Shown here piece after piece: positions 13,291 to 24,419 of a DNA stretch of 64,000 bases. The position numbers and the translations under genes were made by a program. Numbering within the stretch: the stretch's first letter is position 1; each line of letters opens with the position of its first letter. The notes below the pieces were generated by a model. The model was not told the DNA's origin and did no database searches. It saw only the letters and a program-made list of their open reading frames with translations. The stretch comes from Ginglymostoma cirratum (Eukaryota), in NCBI GenBank assembly GCA_024137785.1, contig JAHRHZ010000263.1:39061067-39125066 (forward strand). Reading direction: 5' to 3'.

Positions 13291-14623
13291 TTCCAATACT
13301 GTTCTTTGAGAGACTCTGTCTGAATCCTTTAATCCATAAAGAGACTCTGATTAAAAATGTCATTTGCATATTTGGCTCTTGTTGTTTATGGGTTGGTGTT
13401 TTAAATAAACTTCCATGGTCCGGCATATCCTTCACTCTCCCTTTACCATCAGCCCTGGTTCAATGAAGAGTGCAGGAGGGTATGCCAGGAGCAGCAAAAG
13501 GCACATGTAAAAAGATATGTCAACAAATAGCACAGGCAGCAAATGATAGACAGATATAAGTGATTCCATAAACAACAACTAAAGATATGCAGCCCTTCCA
13601 TACACAGCTGTGAATGGTGGTAGACAATTAAACAACTCACTGAAGCAGGAGATTCCACAATCTTTCCCATCCTCAGTGATAGAGGAGCCCTGCACATCGG
13701 TGCAAAAGATACAGCTGTAACATTTGTGACAATCTTCAGCTGAAAATACCAAGTGGATGATCCATCTTGGCCTTCTGTGGCGGACTCTGGCATACCTGTC
13801 TTCAGCCAATTCAGTTCACACCACATGGTATCAAGATATGCCTGAAAGCATTGGATATGACAAAGGCTATAGGCTCCAACAACATTCTGACCACTGTCCC
13901 GAACACTTGTGCTCCAGAACATGCCAATTCCCTAGCCAAGCTCTTTCAATACAGTTGCAACTCTGACATCTGCCCGACAATGTGGAAAATTGCTCAGTTA
14001 TGTCCTGTACACAAAAATCAGGATATATCCAACCTGGCCAAATACCGCCCCATCAGTCTACTCTTGATCAACAGTAAAAAGATTGAAGATGTCATCGATG
14101 GTGCTATCAAGCAGCACCTGCTCAGCAATAACATGCTCAGTGATGCCCAGTTTGGGTTCCGCCTGGGCCACTCAGCTCCTGATCTCATTACAGCCTTGGC
14201 TCAAACATGGACAGAAGAGCTGAATTTCAGAGTTGAGGAAAAAGTAACTGCCCTTGACATCAAGGTTGCATTTGACCAAGTGTAGCATCAAAGAGCCCTA
14301 ACAAACCTGGAATCAAGGAGAATTGAGGGAAAACTCTCCACTGGTTAGAGTCATTCCGAGTATAAATGATGGAGGTCAGTCACCTTCAGCTCCGGAACAT
14401 CTCTGCAAGTGTCCTAGGCCCAAAAAATTTTCAACTGCTCCATCAATGACCTGAACTCCATCGTTAGGTCATAAGACATAGGATCAGAAGTAAAAGAGCC
14501 CATCGAGTCTGCTCCTAAGGTCAGAAGTGGCAATGTGCAATCGTCAGTGAATGTTCATGACCATTTGTGACACCTCGGGTACTGCAACAGTTCATGCCCA
14601 AATGTGGCAACACCTGGATAGCA

Positions 14624-15200
14624 GAGATAACAAGGTGTAGAGCTGGATGAACACAGCAGGCCAAGCAGCATCATAGGAGNNNNNNNNNNNNNNNNNNNNN
14701 NNNNNNNNNNNNNNNNNNNNNNNNNNNNNNNNNNNNNNNNNNNNNNNNNNNNNNNNNNNNNNNNNNNNNNNNNNNNNNNNNNNNNNNNNNNNNNNNNNNN
14801 NNNNNNNNNNNNNNNNNNNNNNNNNNNNNNNNNNNNNNNNNNNNNNNNNNNNNNNNNNNNNNNNNNNNNNNNNNNNNNNNNNNNNNNNNNNNNNNNNNNN
14901 NNNNNNNNNNNNNNNNNNNNNNNNNNNNNNNNNNNNNNNNNNNNNNNNNNNNNNNNNNNNNNNNNNNNNNNNNNNNNNNNNNNNNNNNNNNNNNNNNNNN
15001 NNNNNNNNNNNNNNNNNNNNNNNNNNNNNNNNNNNNNNNNNNNNNNNNNNNNNNNNNNNNNNNNNNNNNNNNNNNNNNNATGGTCTAGGCCCGAAACGTC
15101 AGCCTTCCTGCTCCTATGATGCTGCTTGGCCTGCTGTGTTCATCCAGCTCTACACCTTGTTATCTCGGATTCTCCAGCATCTGCAGTTCCTATTATCTCT
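14624..15200. mobile_element. Palindromic Penelope-derived insertion spanning the assembly gap, 15-bp TSD
   Basis: TSD AACACCTGGATAGCA at 14609-14623 and 15201-15215. 14624-14679 is the inverted copy of about 15111-15166. The 3' half of a hammerhead is visible at 15082-15100. Confidence 0.85.
14680..15079. other. Assembly gap (400 N)
   Basis: Run of n characters. Confidence 0.99.
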
Positions 15201-17149
15201 AACACCTGGATAGCATCCAGATTTGGGCTGATAAGTGGCAAGTAACATTTATGCCACACAAAAGGTAGCTAATAGCAATTTCCAACAAGACAGAAACTAA
15301 TCATTGCACTTTGACATTTAATAGCGTCACCATCAACTAGGAACTATTCTCGTGAATCTTTACTGTACGCTCTTTAACACCATCATATCCTTCCTGCAAT
15401 GTGCTGCCTAGAACTGGACCATTTTTGGTTAAAAGTTCTTAACAACTGTTAATCTAAGAGTATATATCTCAGGATTGTTTAATGAATGCATTCCTAAATT
15501 GATTATAGGCATCTTGAATGCATGTATTCCATCCAATCCAGTGGTTAAGTTAGAATCTGATGAAGAGGATATTGTATCCCTGAACAAGCTGATATTATCA
15601 AAAGTGGGAGCTGGTAATTTGAAATGAGGTGTTTTATTTTTCCTGGGGGAGTTTTAAAATGATACGACCACGAAATGGAGAAGAAATCTAGGTTCAGCAG
15701 AGAGTGCTGTCTGATGTCAAATGGACGTGACCTTAAGATAAATATTAGTGGCATGAAGAAATAAAATTTTAAACAAGGCAATTAGAATGGAACATGTTAC
15801 CATGAATGAGTCTTGAAGACTAGCTAGTCATGGCATGTCAGAGGGAATTAGATAAAGATTGGGAGAGGGACAGTATGAAAGGATGAACATGGGGAGCTCC
15901 ATTGTGGAACAAGAATTAGTCACTAGTGCACCACTACTGAAGTGGTGACTGACTGATTTACATTTCTGTCACACTTGTTCAGCAACCATTGCAAAAAGTT
16001 ATTCCTCCTGAATGTTTTGATGCGCAAAGGTTGAGCAACCAAGTTGGAGCTGTCACCACTGGTTTCTAATTCACTCTCATCTATGGGCTCATTTTGTGTT
16101 GTGAATGTTTTTGTTTATTTTAAGAAAATCATTTTGCTCGTTCGCACGGAACACTTTGATTTAATGTAATCCACAACCTAATCTTTTGTGAATTGAACTA
16201 TACTGTTTCAAAGCACACACTTTCTAAGTGTTTTATGGCTTTATAAATAAATGGAGGACTCACGGGATACTTTGTAAAAAGGTTTTGGCCTTCAGGTGAT
16301 ACTAAATTTACAGTTAATTATTGTACCTTCCACAAAATGCAATGATTTAATGTTTGACATGTTTTTGACCAAACATTCAATGTTTTCTTCCAAAACTGTT
16401 AAAGTCTATTTTTATATGGCCAGCCATATAAGTACTGTATATTTCAAAGGTTGGCACAATAATTGCCCATTATTAACTGTATGTAATACCTAACAAAAAC
16501 TTTTATTGATCAATCCTTTGAAGTAGACTGTACTGTAACAAAGCAACCTAAACCAGTGTGAACCATGCAAAAAGAAAGGAATCTCTGCAAACTGATTTCA
16601 ATAACTCCCTGTCACAGGATATTGTCATCCTTTAAACCTGACCTTGGTATCAACCACTTTATCTTTCCTTATGTATCATACTGCCAAAAGTATTCAAAAA
16701 AACAAAGTAATTGAAAATCTGCTCATATATTGTATTAGCTCCATGCTGGGACCCGTGCTGTAAAAACAAAATACAGCTGTGCAAATGCCCAAAGATTAAG
16801 GTACATTTTAAAATTATAGATATGTTTTGTCTCTGATGTACAGATATTACAGAAATAAATTTTGTTACATGAATAAATCAGCATTTTCAAGGGACATCTA
16901 ATGCTGTAAAATAACACCAAGCATTTCACAGGAGCATTATTGAGCAAAACAAGCTGCAGCGTGAGATGTGAAATCTTTGCAAAAGGGAAAAGTTTTAAGG
17001 AGCCTCTTAGAGGATAGAGAGATTAACGGAGGGATTTCCAGCACTTAGGACAGAGTTACTGCTGACTATCATCACTCTCTTACAGAAAATTGTGAATACC
17101 CTAGCGGCTAGATTTAGGGGAGCACAGAGTAGCTGTTGGCAGCTGGTTT

Positions 17150-18165
17150 CCGAGTTGTTTTTGTTAATTCATGGAATGAGGGTTTTGCTGGCTAGGCCAA
17201 CATTTATTTTCCATTTCTAATTGTCCTTGAGAAGATGGCAGTGAGCTGCTTCCTTGAGCCAGTTGAGTCTCTGTGGTGTAGCTACACTATGGGGTTGTTG
17301 GGGGTCAGAGAGTTCCAGGATTCAAACCGGCGACAGTGAAGGAATGGTGATCCATTTCCAAGTCAGGATGGTATGTGGTTTGGAGAGGAAATTGCAAGTC
17401 ATGGTGAAAAGTGACCTTCGCAATACACAAGCACCCCAATATGACTGTCTCCAATAAGATGAATTCCAATTGTCAACCGCTGACCTTCAAGAGCATTACT
17501 ATTGCTGAAAACCTTATACCAATGTCCTGGGGTCTTACCATTGATCAGAAACTGAACTGGACCAACCATGTAAGTATCATGGTCAGAAGGGAAAGTCAGA
17601 GGCTGAGGACTCTGCCACGAGAACTTGCTTTCTGACTTCCCAAAGCCTGTCCACCATCTACAAGGCACATAAGTTATGATGGAGTACTCCCCACTTGCCT
17701 AGATGAGTACATCTGGGGTGGGGTGCCAAGTCTCTGAAATTCCCATCCAACCAAGATAAAAATAGATGGACTTCTAGAGGCTAAAGATGTCAAGGGCAAC
17801 GAGCAGAAGTGTGGCACTGAGATAGAGGATTAGACTTGATTATGTTGACTTTCCAACAGCACCTTCCAAACCCATGACACTACTGCCTAGAAGGGCAACA
17901 GATATATGGGAACACCACCACATATAAGCTCCCTTCCAAACCAAATATCGTTCTGACTTGGAATTATATTACCATTCCTTCAGTGTCACTGGGTCAATGT
18001 TTTTGACTCCCTCCCTGACTTATATTGTAGGTGTATCGACACCATATGGGCTGCAGTGGTTTAAGAAGGCAGCTCATCACCATATTCTTGACAGATACTA
18101 GTGATGTCCATTAAACCAAACATAGCCAGCAACAACCAGAAACCTTGAATGAACTAAGCAAATAA
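17150..18165. mobile_element. Fragmented CR1/L2-group LINE pieces in both orientations
   Basis: 17150-17400 is the reverse complement of the 3' region seen at 17850-18160 and 60350-60667. 17440-17710 carries ORF2 remnants (GLTIDQKLNWTNH). Confidence 0.6.
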
Positions 18166-18315
18166 AATTCTGTGGCCGAGTTGATTGATTTGCAACAACC
18201 ACAGCTGTCCACCATAGGCACGGTACTGGGGAGCGTTGGAATGCTTTAGCCTTGAGGTGACAGTTACATAGATAAAAAGGCAAAATTCCTTGTGGCAAGG
18301 AACATTACTCTGGAG

Positions 18316-18517
18316 ATAGTAAGAACTGCCGATGCTGGAGCCAGAGTTAACACAGCGTGGAGCTGGAGGAACACAGCAGGCCAGGCAGCATCAGAGAAGA
18401 AGGAAAGTTGAAAAAATCATTTTTTACTGAAGAAGGGCCCCGACCCAAAATGTCAACTTTCCTGCTCCTCTGATGCTGCCTGGCCTGCTGTGCTCCTCCA
18501 GCTCCACACTGTGTTAT
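18316..18517. mobile_element. Palindromic Penelope-derived insertion with 13-bp TSD
   Basis: TSD CATTACTCTGGAG at 18303-18315 and 18518-18530. Inverted arms at about 18347-18411 and 18453-18517. The hammerhead at 18427-18454 is decayed (CCGAAACG changed to CCAAAATG). Confidence 0.85.
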
Positions 18518-18831
18518 CATTACTCTGGAGCAGTGGGATATGTGGTCCAACTTTCTTATTGCAGTCTTGAGCATAATTGTTAAGAAAGAGCCAGGAATTT
18601 ACCTCCGAGGAGTAATTGCAGAAACCAAAGCGGGGTGTAGGGGATAAAATATTGCATTGTTAAATTCTAAGGCATCAATACCTGAAAAACAAATGTGTAA
18701 GGTAAATATTTAACTCCTTTTTAAGACATCCACCCTTCAACGCGTTCAATAAGTTCTGCACTAAAATGGTTTAAGAGAATTTCTGTTGAGTATGGTTTTA
18801 TGCTTATGTTTTGCCCTTCATTTATTCACAG

Positions 18832-18999
18832 AAAAGCTAATTGCCTATCAACATGAGTTCCACGCCTTGAGGGAACGTCTACGTGTCGCTGAGCACCGAA
18901 CTTTGCAGCGTTCCTCGGAACTAAATGGTGTCCTGGAGCAATTCAAACGTATAGTGGCTGCATCAAATGGAAGCAGAGAGGCCCTGAGCAATTTTTCAG
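18832..18999 (+). CDS. MGAT4A: MGAT4A internal coding exon (stem/coiled region), 168 nt, phase 1-1
   Basis: ttcacAG acceptor and G|GTAATT donor. Encodes (E)[55 protein letters not shown], which matches recalled vertebrate MGAT4A ([23 protein letters not shown]...) better than MGAT4B. Confidence 0.95.
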
Positions 19000-19804
19000 G
19001 TAATTCTGTATAAGCAAATCACACATTGTTAGGAAATGCTATGAAATATAGCATTTTTCCTGACCACAACTGCTTAGAATAAGTATACATAAGGCAGTAG
19101 TCATTAAAAGCTCAACAGTTGAATCAAATTAAATGAAAATATTTCAATGTGGTGCTTTTATTGCACACTTCTAAGCTGCATTCAAGTGTAAATAAACCGT
19201 ATCCTCCTTCTCATAGTAGTCCCACTCAATATATTGCCCTGCATTGAGAGGGCAAGTTATTCAATTGTGCCCAGTGCTTTGCCAAAAATATTCTCTGCCA
19301 GAGATATGAAAGCAGAAAATGCTGGAGACACTCAGTAATCCTGGCAGCATCTGTGCAAATAGAAAGAGTTAACATTTCCAGTGTGGTTCTTCTTTGGAGC
19401 TGCTATGAGCGTGTGCTTCAATAACTGGCTGATTGAATTATTTTCTGCCCCACTGGTGAAGTGGCTGCCTGCATCCTCTTTCAGGTCAACATTTCTTTGT
19501 CCCGTGTGCAGCCAGGGTGCACCATACTGACAGAGTTCTAAGGGCCTTCATTAGAGAAAATCATTATCAGTTGAACATAACCCCATCACTTTACTGGGAA
19601 TCAAGTAAAGAGAGTAGGAGATAAGCCTCATGGACAAGATGAGCTCAGCACTTGATGGAATAAGGCTCAGGTGAAAGAAAACTACAATCTCACATCTAAG
19701 GTGGGAGACCTTTGAATATAGTTCAGCTCATTGTACAGTCTCCCCCGTTCTGTCTTTTCAAAATAATGATTTACTGCAAGAGGCAACAATGCAAAATCTT
19801 TCAA

Positions 19805-20770
19805 GACCATAAGACGTGGGAACAGAAGCAGGCCATGTGGCCCATCGGGTTGGCTGATTTATTGATTCTCAACTCCACTTTCCAGCCCCTTCCCATATCC
19901 CTGCATTCCCTTTCTGAATAAAAATCTGTCTATCTCCGCCTGGAATATTTTAATGCCCCAGCCTCAACAGCCCTCTACAGTAGAGTTCCACAGGTTGAGA
20001 AGAAGAAATTCATCCTCAATCCTATCTGAAACGGGCAATTCCTTACTCTAAGGATATACCCGCTGGTCCTAGACTCCTCACAAGAAACACAACCTTTCCA
20101 CACCTACCCTGTAAAGCCCCCTAAGAACCTTATATGTCTCAATAAGATTGCCTTTCATTCTTCTAAATTCCACCGAGTACAGTCCCAACCTACTCAATCT
20201 CTTCTCATAAAAAAAATTCCTTCATACCTAGGATCAATCTAGTGAATGTTTTCCTAACAGCCACCAGTAACAGTATATCTTTCCCTAGATAAAGGAACCA
20301 GAACTGTTCACAGTATTCCAGCTATGGTCGGACCAGTGCCTTGTACAGTTTTAGGAAGACTTCCCCACTCTCATGCTCCATTCCGTCTGAAAAAGATTCC
20401 AGCTTCCCATTGTCCCCCTCTACTAGCCGCTGAACATGGATGTTATCTTTTTGTGATGCATACATGAGGAGCCCCAAATCCCTCTGTGCTCCAGCTACCT
20501 GCAGTCTTTCTCCATTTAAATAACATTCAGCTTCTCTATTCTTCCTGCCTTAGTGCAGCACCTCACACTCTCCCACATTACACTCCATCCACCCTGGCCA
20601 CTCATTCAACCCAATGTTTTCCCGTCTGCAGACTGTCCATTAGCAAGCCCACTATCCAGCCTCTTATCCATCCTGGTGTCATCCAGAAAACTCAAATATT
20701 ATTGACTTGGATAAGGAAAGTGATAGCACATTCACTTTCCTTATCCAAGTCAATAATATATAATCGATAA
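19805..20770 (-). mobile_element. CR1-type LINE 3' fragment
   Basis: The reverse complement contains CR1 ORF2 C-terminal motifs (LYKALVRP.LEYCEQFW) and the 3' UTR. Confidence 0.75.
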
Positions 20771-20929
20771 TTGCTTCTTCCTATGTGTCCCTCAAAGAGA
20801 ACCAGGTTGTTGTGATACCGATATAGGAGTGCAAGTTTCACTGCCCTATGTTTTAAGAGTTGAAGAGGCTAGGAGAGCAAAGGACCTCCAATGGAACAAG
20901 AATGTAATTCACTTTGGCTTAACCTGTTT

Positions 20930-21540
20930 TAACTAATTCTGAGATAAATTGTCAGTTCAGCTTGCAGATAATTGAAGTCTTCTTGCATCTGTACAGGGTG
21001 ATGGCGAGGCTGCACCTGGAGTATTGCATGAGAGTGAGGAAGTCTTCCTAAAATTATGCAAGGCATTGCCAGACCACAGCTGGAATACTCTGTACAGTTT
21101 TGGTTGCTGCATTTAAAAATAATATTACACTGGCATTGAAGGCAGTTCCAAAGAGATTCACTCAGCTGATTCTAGTTATGAAGGGTTTAACTTGCAAAGA
21201 ACAGTTGCAGTTCTTGCTATCTCTAAACAGGTCAAGCCTTTTTCTCATTAAAATGTAAATGAATGAAGTGTGATCTTTTGTAACATACATGATTCTGAGG
21301 GGGGCTTGACAGGGACATTTTGAGAAGATGTTACCACCAGTGGCATAATCTTGAACTAAGAGACATAATGACAGAATAAGGGGGCACTTGTTTAAATCTG
21401 AGACAGAAGGGCATTTTTTTTTCTGCTAAGAAACAGTGGATGTCCAGAATTCTCTACTCCAGAGAGTTGAAGAGGCTATATCACTGAGAGTGTTTAAAGA
21501 GGGACGCAGATTTTGGAATTTGAGGATGTTAAGAGCCATA
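20930..21540 (+). mobile_element. CR1-type LINE 3' fragment (related to 19805-20770, inverted)
   Basis: gaagtcttcctaaaattatgcaaggcattgccagaccacagctggaatactc matches the reverse complement of about 20305-20365. Confidence 0.7.
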
Positions 21541-22008
21541 CATAAGAACATGAGAACATACAAACTAGGAGCAGGAGTAGGCCATCTGGCCCCTCGAGCC
21601 TGCCCTGTCATTTAATAAGATCATGGCTGATCTTTTTGAGACTCAGCTCCACGTTCCTGCCCACTCACCATAACCCTTAATTACTGTTCAAAAATTTATC
21701 TAGCCTTGCCTTAAACACATTCAGCGAGGTAGGTTCGACTGCTTCACTGGGCAGGGAATTCCACACATTCACAACCCTTTGGGTGAAGAAGTTCCTCCTG
21801 ACCTCAGTCCTACATCTGCTTCCCTTTATTTTGAGGCGATGCCCTCTAGTCCTAATTTCACCTGCTAGTGGAAACAACCTCCCTGCCTCCACCTTATCTA
21901 TTCCCTTCATAATCTTATATGTTTCTATAAGATCTCCCCTCATTCTTCTGAATTCCAATGAGTATAATCCCAGTCTACTCAGTCTCTCATAATCCAACCC
22001 TCTCAACA
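21541..22008 (-). mobile_element. Young CR1-type LINE 3' end
   Basis: ORF 21677-22033 reads ERLSRLGLYSLEFRRMRGDLIETYKIMKG...FFTQRVVNVWNSLP. (TTCTTATG)n-like tail at 21541-21560. Confidence 0.9.
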
Positions 22009-22054
22009 CTCTCATACTTGAGAGAGGAGTCAAAGCCTGAGGGGAAAAATAGCC

Positions 22055-22102
22055 TAATCTTACCTTACTTTACGTTCATAATCTTACCTTACTTTACGTT
22101 CA
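22055..22102. repeat. Perfect 24-bp tandem duplication
   Basis: TAATCTTACCTTACTTTACGTTCA occurs twice in tandem. Confidence 0.9.
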
Positions 22103-22464
22103 TATGAGCAAAATGGTATGGCTGCAAGCTTCAGGTGAAGTACATCTGTGCACATCTTTGTTACTCTCCTTCTGCTGTCTTGAACCTGTATAATTATTTT
22201 CTCCTAATGCCTGTTTCAGAAAGAAACATAGAGGTTTGTAACCTCCATTGAAAAATAACTGCAATCCATCCTCTAAATTTGTGGGCACCATTGATTGAGA
22301 TGAAAGGGTTTAATTTATTCAATAATTTCTGATATATTTTAGCTTGGGACATATGGGTTGTTTTTGTTTTCGTTTTCGTCTTTCATAGTTGTGGACCTTA
22401 GATTTAACCAAATGGACCACGGTTGCTTCGGCTTTTGCTTTATTTACTGAATACACCTAATATT

Positions 22465-22753
22465 CTTGAGTATATTTGTAGCTCAGATCGTGGGTGCTGT
22501 GGTTGGTTCACTCACTGAGCTGGTTCATTAGTTTTGCAGACGTTTCATTACCCTGCTGGGTAACATCATCAGTACAGCCTCTGGTGAAGTGTTGTTGCAT
22601 TTTCTCACCTGATATTTAAACTCTGGGGTCCATTGGAGTTGATTACCTCGTTTCCGGTTTTCCTTCCGCAGTGGTGTGTATATAGGGTCTAATTCTATGT
22701 GTTTATTGATGCCTTCTTGATGGTGAAGCAGGCCTCTAGGAATTCCCGTGCTT
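22465..22753 (-). mobile_element. Penelope-like element 3' end, third family
   Basis: The minus strand encodes AREFLEA and, after a frameshift, INKHIELDPIY, typical of a Penelope GIY-YIG C-terminus. A hammerhead motif follows. Confidence 0.75.
22535..22576 (-). ncRNA. Minimal hammerhead ribozyme motif with a 7-bp stem II
   Basis: Minus strand reads TGTA-CTGATGA-T-GTTACCC(AGCA)GGGTAAT-GAAA-CG-TC-TGCA, with stem I formed by TGTA/TGCA. Confidence 0.8.
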
Positions 22754-22826
22754 ACACCAGTAAACTGAGATACTGTGTTGATAAATAGATGCCTGAGTGT
22801 ACTGATCAATCTCACTGCATTTTCAG

Positions 22827-22967
22827 ATGATGCCAAAAAGCTGCTGAAAGATCTAACCAATAAGAATGCCCTAAAAGTGCCAAATATCTACCATCACATG
22901 CCCCACTTACTGAACAGCGAGGAAAGCCTTCAGCCTGCTGTGCAGGTTGGCAGTGGCAGAACTGGTG
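22827..22967 (+). CDS. MGAT4A: MGAT4A internal coding exon, 141 nt, phase 1-1
   Basis: ttttcAG acceptor and G|GTAAGT donor. Encodes (D)[46 protein letters not shown] and joins the previous exon in frame. Confidence 0.95.
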
Positions 22968-23975
22968 GTAAGTTACCAAAAGTGGCCTTTTTTCTTGCAT
23001 AGAAATGTTGGGGGGAATAAAAATACTTCAAGTGGATTTAAATTAAATTGTAAGGTACTTGTGTTGTCGTCATGTGATGGTCATTCTGTAAAGGAATTCT
23101 AGTCAATTGGTGGATTGATATCAAGACAGTAATATTTTTATTTGTGGACACACTTCCTTGCCTTCCTCAGTTTCAATCACTCATTGCAAATGCATACTCA
23201 CATCTCTCTATTTCTTTGTGCTCTGACAATTAGTACCCACTACCTCTTCATCTTAAATAAAGACCTTAGCAATGTGATTAACCTGACTTTAAGACATTCC
23301 ACTTTATTTGGCTCAATTAATCTCTTGTTTTGGCAACCTTAATGCCAGTTAGATTAACCAAGGATTATGATCCCTGCATGTGTATTCATACGTTACCAAG
23401 GTAACATCAATCTAATGCATTGTTCAAGAGCTGGATTAATCATCAACTGATTGTTTGTCAGCTGGTTATATTACACTAACATGGAAATCCTTCATGATCC
23501 AGCAGATAAATTTGATTGTGCATCTTTTAATTGGCCAACAAAATTGTTGAATTCTCCCTAATGTTACAGAAAAACAGGCAGTCAAAGCTTTTCTGCTCAC
23601 ATCAGGACACAATCACAAGAACACCCCATCTCGAGGTGAACATTTTTTTTTACCCTGTGAGAAGAATTGTTCCATTTCACGATTTAGTATTCTTGTGAAT
23701 CTTTCCTGAGGAATAGAAAACAAAAAGCTTTAACAGCATATCCATTTTTTTCAGCAGTACTCCAGCTTTGCACTACCAAGAAACAATTTGTGCAACATTT
23801 CTTTGTTGAAAATCTGGTATGAGTGCTTAAAGTCTTGCGGCCAAATCTCAAAGATGAATTTCCTTTAGTGCCATTACATCTAGGTACACGCATACACCTC
23901 TGGCTGTGAGCCATATCTTTGCTGGACTATTTCAATCATAAAATATATTTGTGTGAGAGAAAATACTGGCGTGAT

Positions 23976-24419
23976 TGTCTTGGACAATCTTTTTGGATTC
24001 GGTTAAATGTAGTTAAGAGAAGGCTCGATAACAGCTATTTGCTTAAATATAAACATTAACTCAGTAATAATAAAAGATGAAAAAAGAAAGGATCATTTAT
24101 TAAGTAAGTTAAAAAAAATGAAAATGAGATGGAAAAAACAATAAGCCTCACACCCTTCTGCCCAACGGGGACCCCTCGATCAACACCTGGTCTGGAGGCT
24201 GAGGTTGTTTCTGACACTGTTGCTATCCCAGTCCAGTGTGAAATCCAGCAGCTTGGAAGAAAACTTCCTCTCTTATATAGTGTAACAAACGGCCAGGCAC
24301 AGAAAAACATGTTGATTGTGCCGTCTTCAGCATGCACAGGAATGTTCACAGGATTCATTCAAGGTCATGCAGCTATTGAATATTAGCAACAAGTTTAGCT
24401 CTTCAGCCCATCCTATACA
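23976..24419 (-). repeat. 3' LTR of the minus-strand LTR element
   Basis: Collinear with 27420-27882 (tgtcttgga...ttttggattc.gttaa.tgtagttaagagaaggctc...caagtttagc.cttcagc...taca). Confidence 0.8.

Larger units (their letters stand above)
13448..15340 (+). mobile_element. Degraded CR1/L2-group non-LTR retrotransposon (RT region), interrupted by insertions
   Basis: ORF 13767-14285 reads KIAQLCPVHKNQD...YRPISLL...QFGFRLGHS...ALDIKVAFDQV, i.e. the N-terminal RT motifs of APE-type LINEs. Stops and frameshifts follow. Confidence 0.85.

Noticed and set aside
1-18831. Search for the MGAT4A ATG/transmembrane exon (MRLRNG...)
   Set aside because: No matching splice-flanked sequence found by eye. It presumably lies upstream of the window.
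18786-18831. Hydrophobic N-terminal extensions of the ORFs at 18786, 22775 and 41876 that look like signal anchors
   Set aside because: They are translations of intronic polypyrimidine tracts upstream of canonical AG acceptors.
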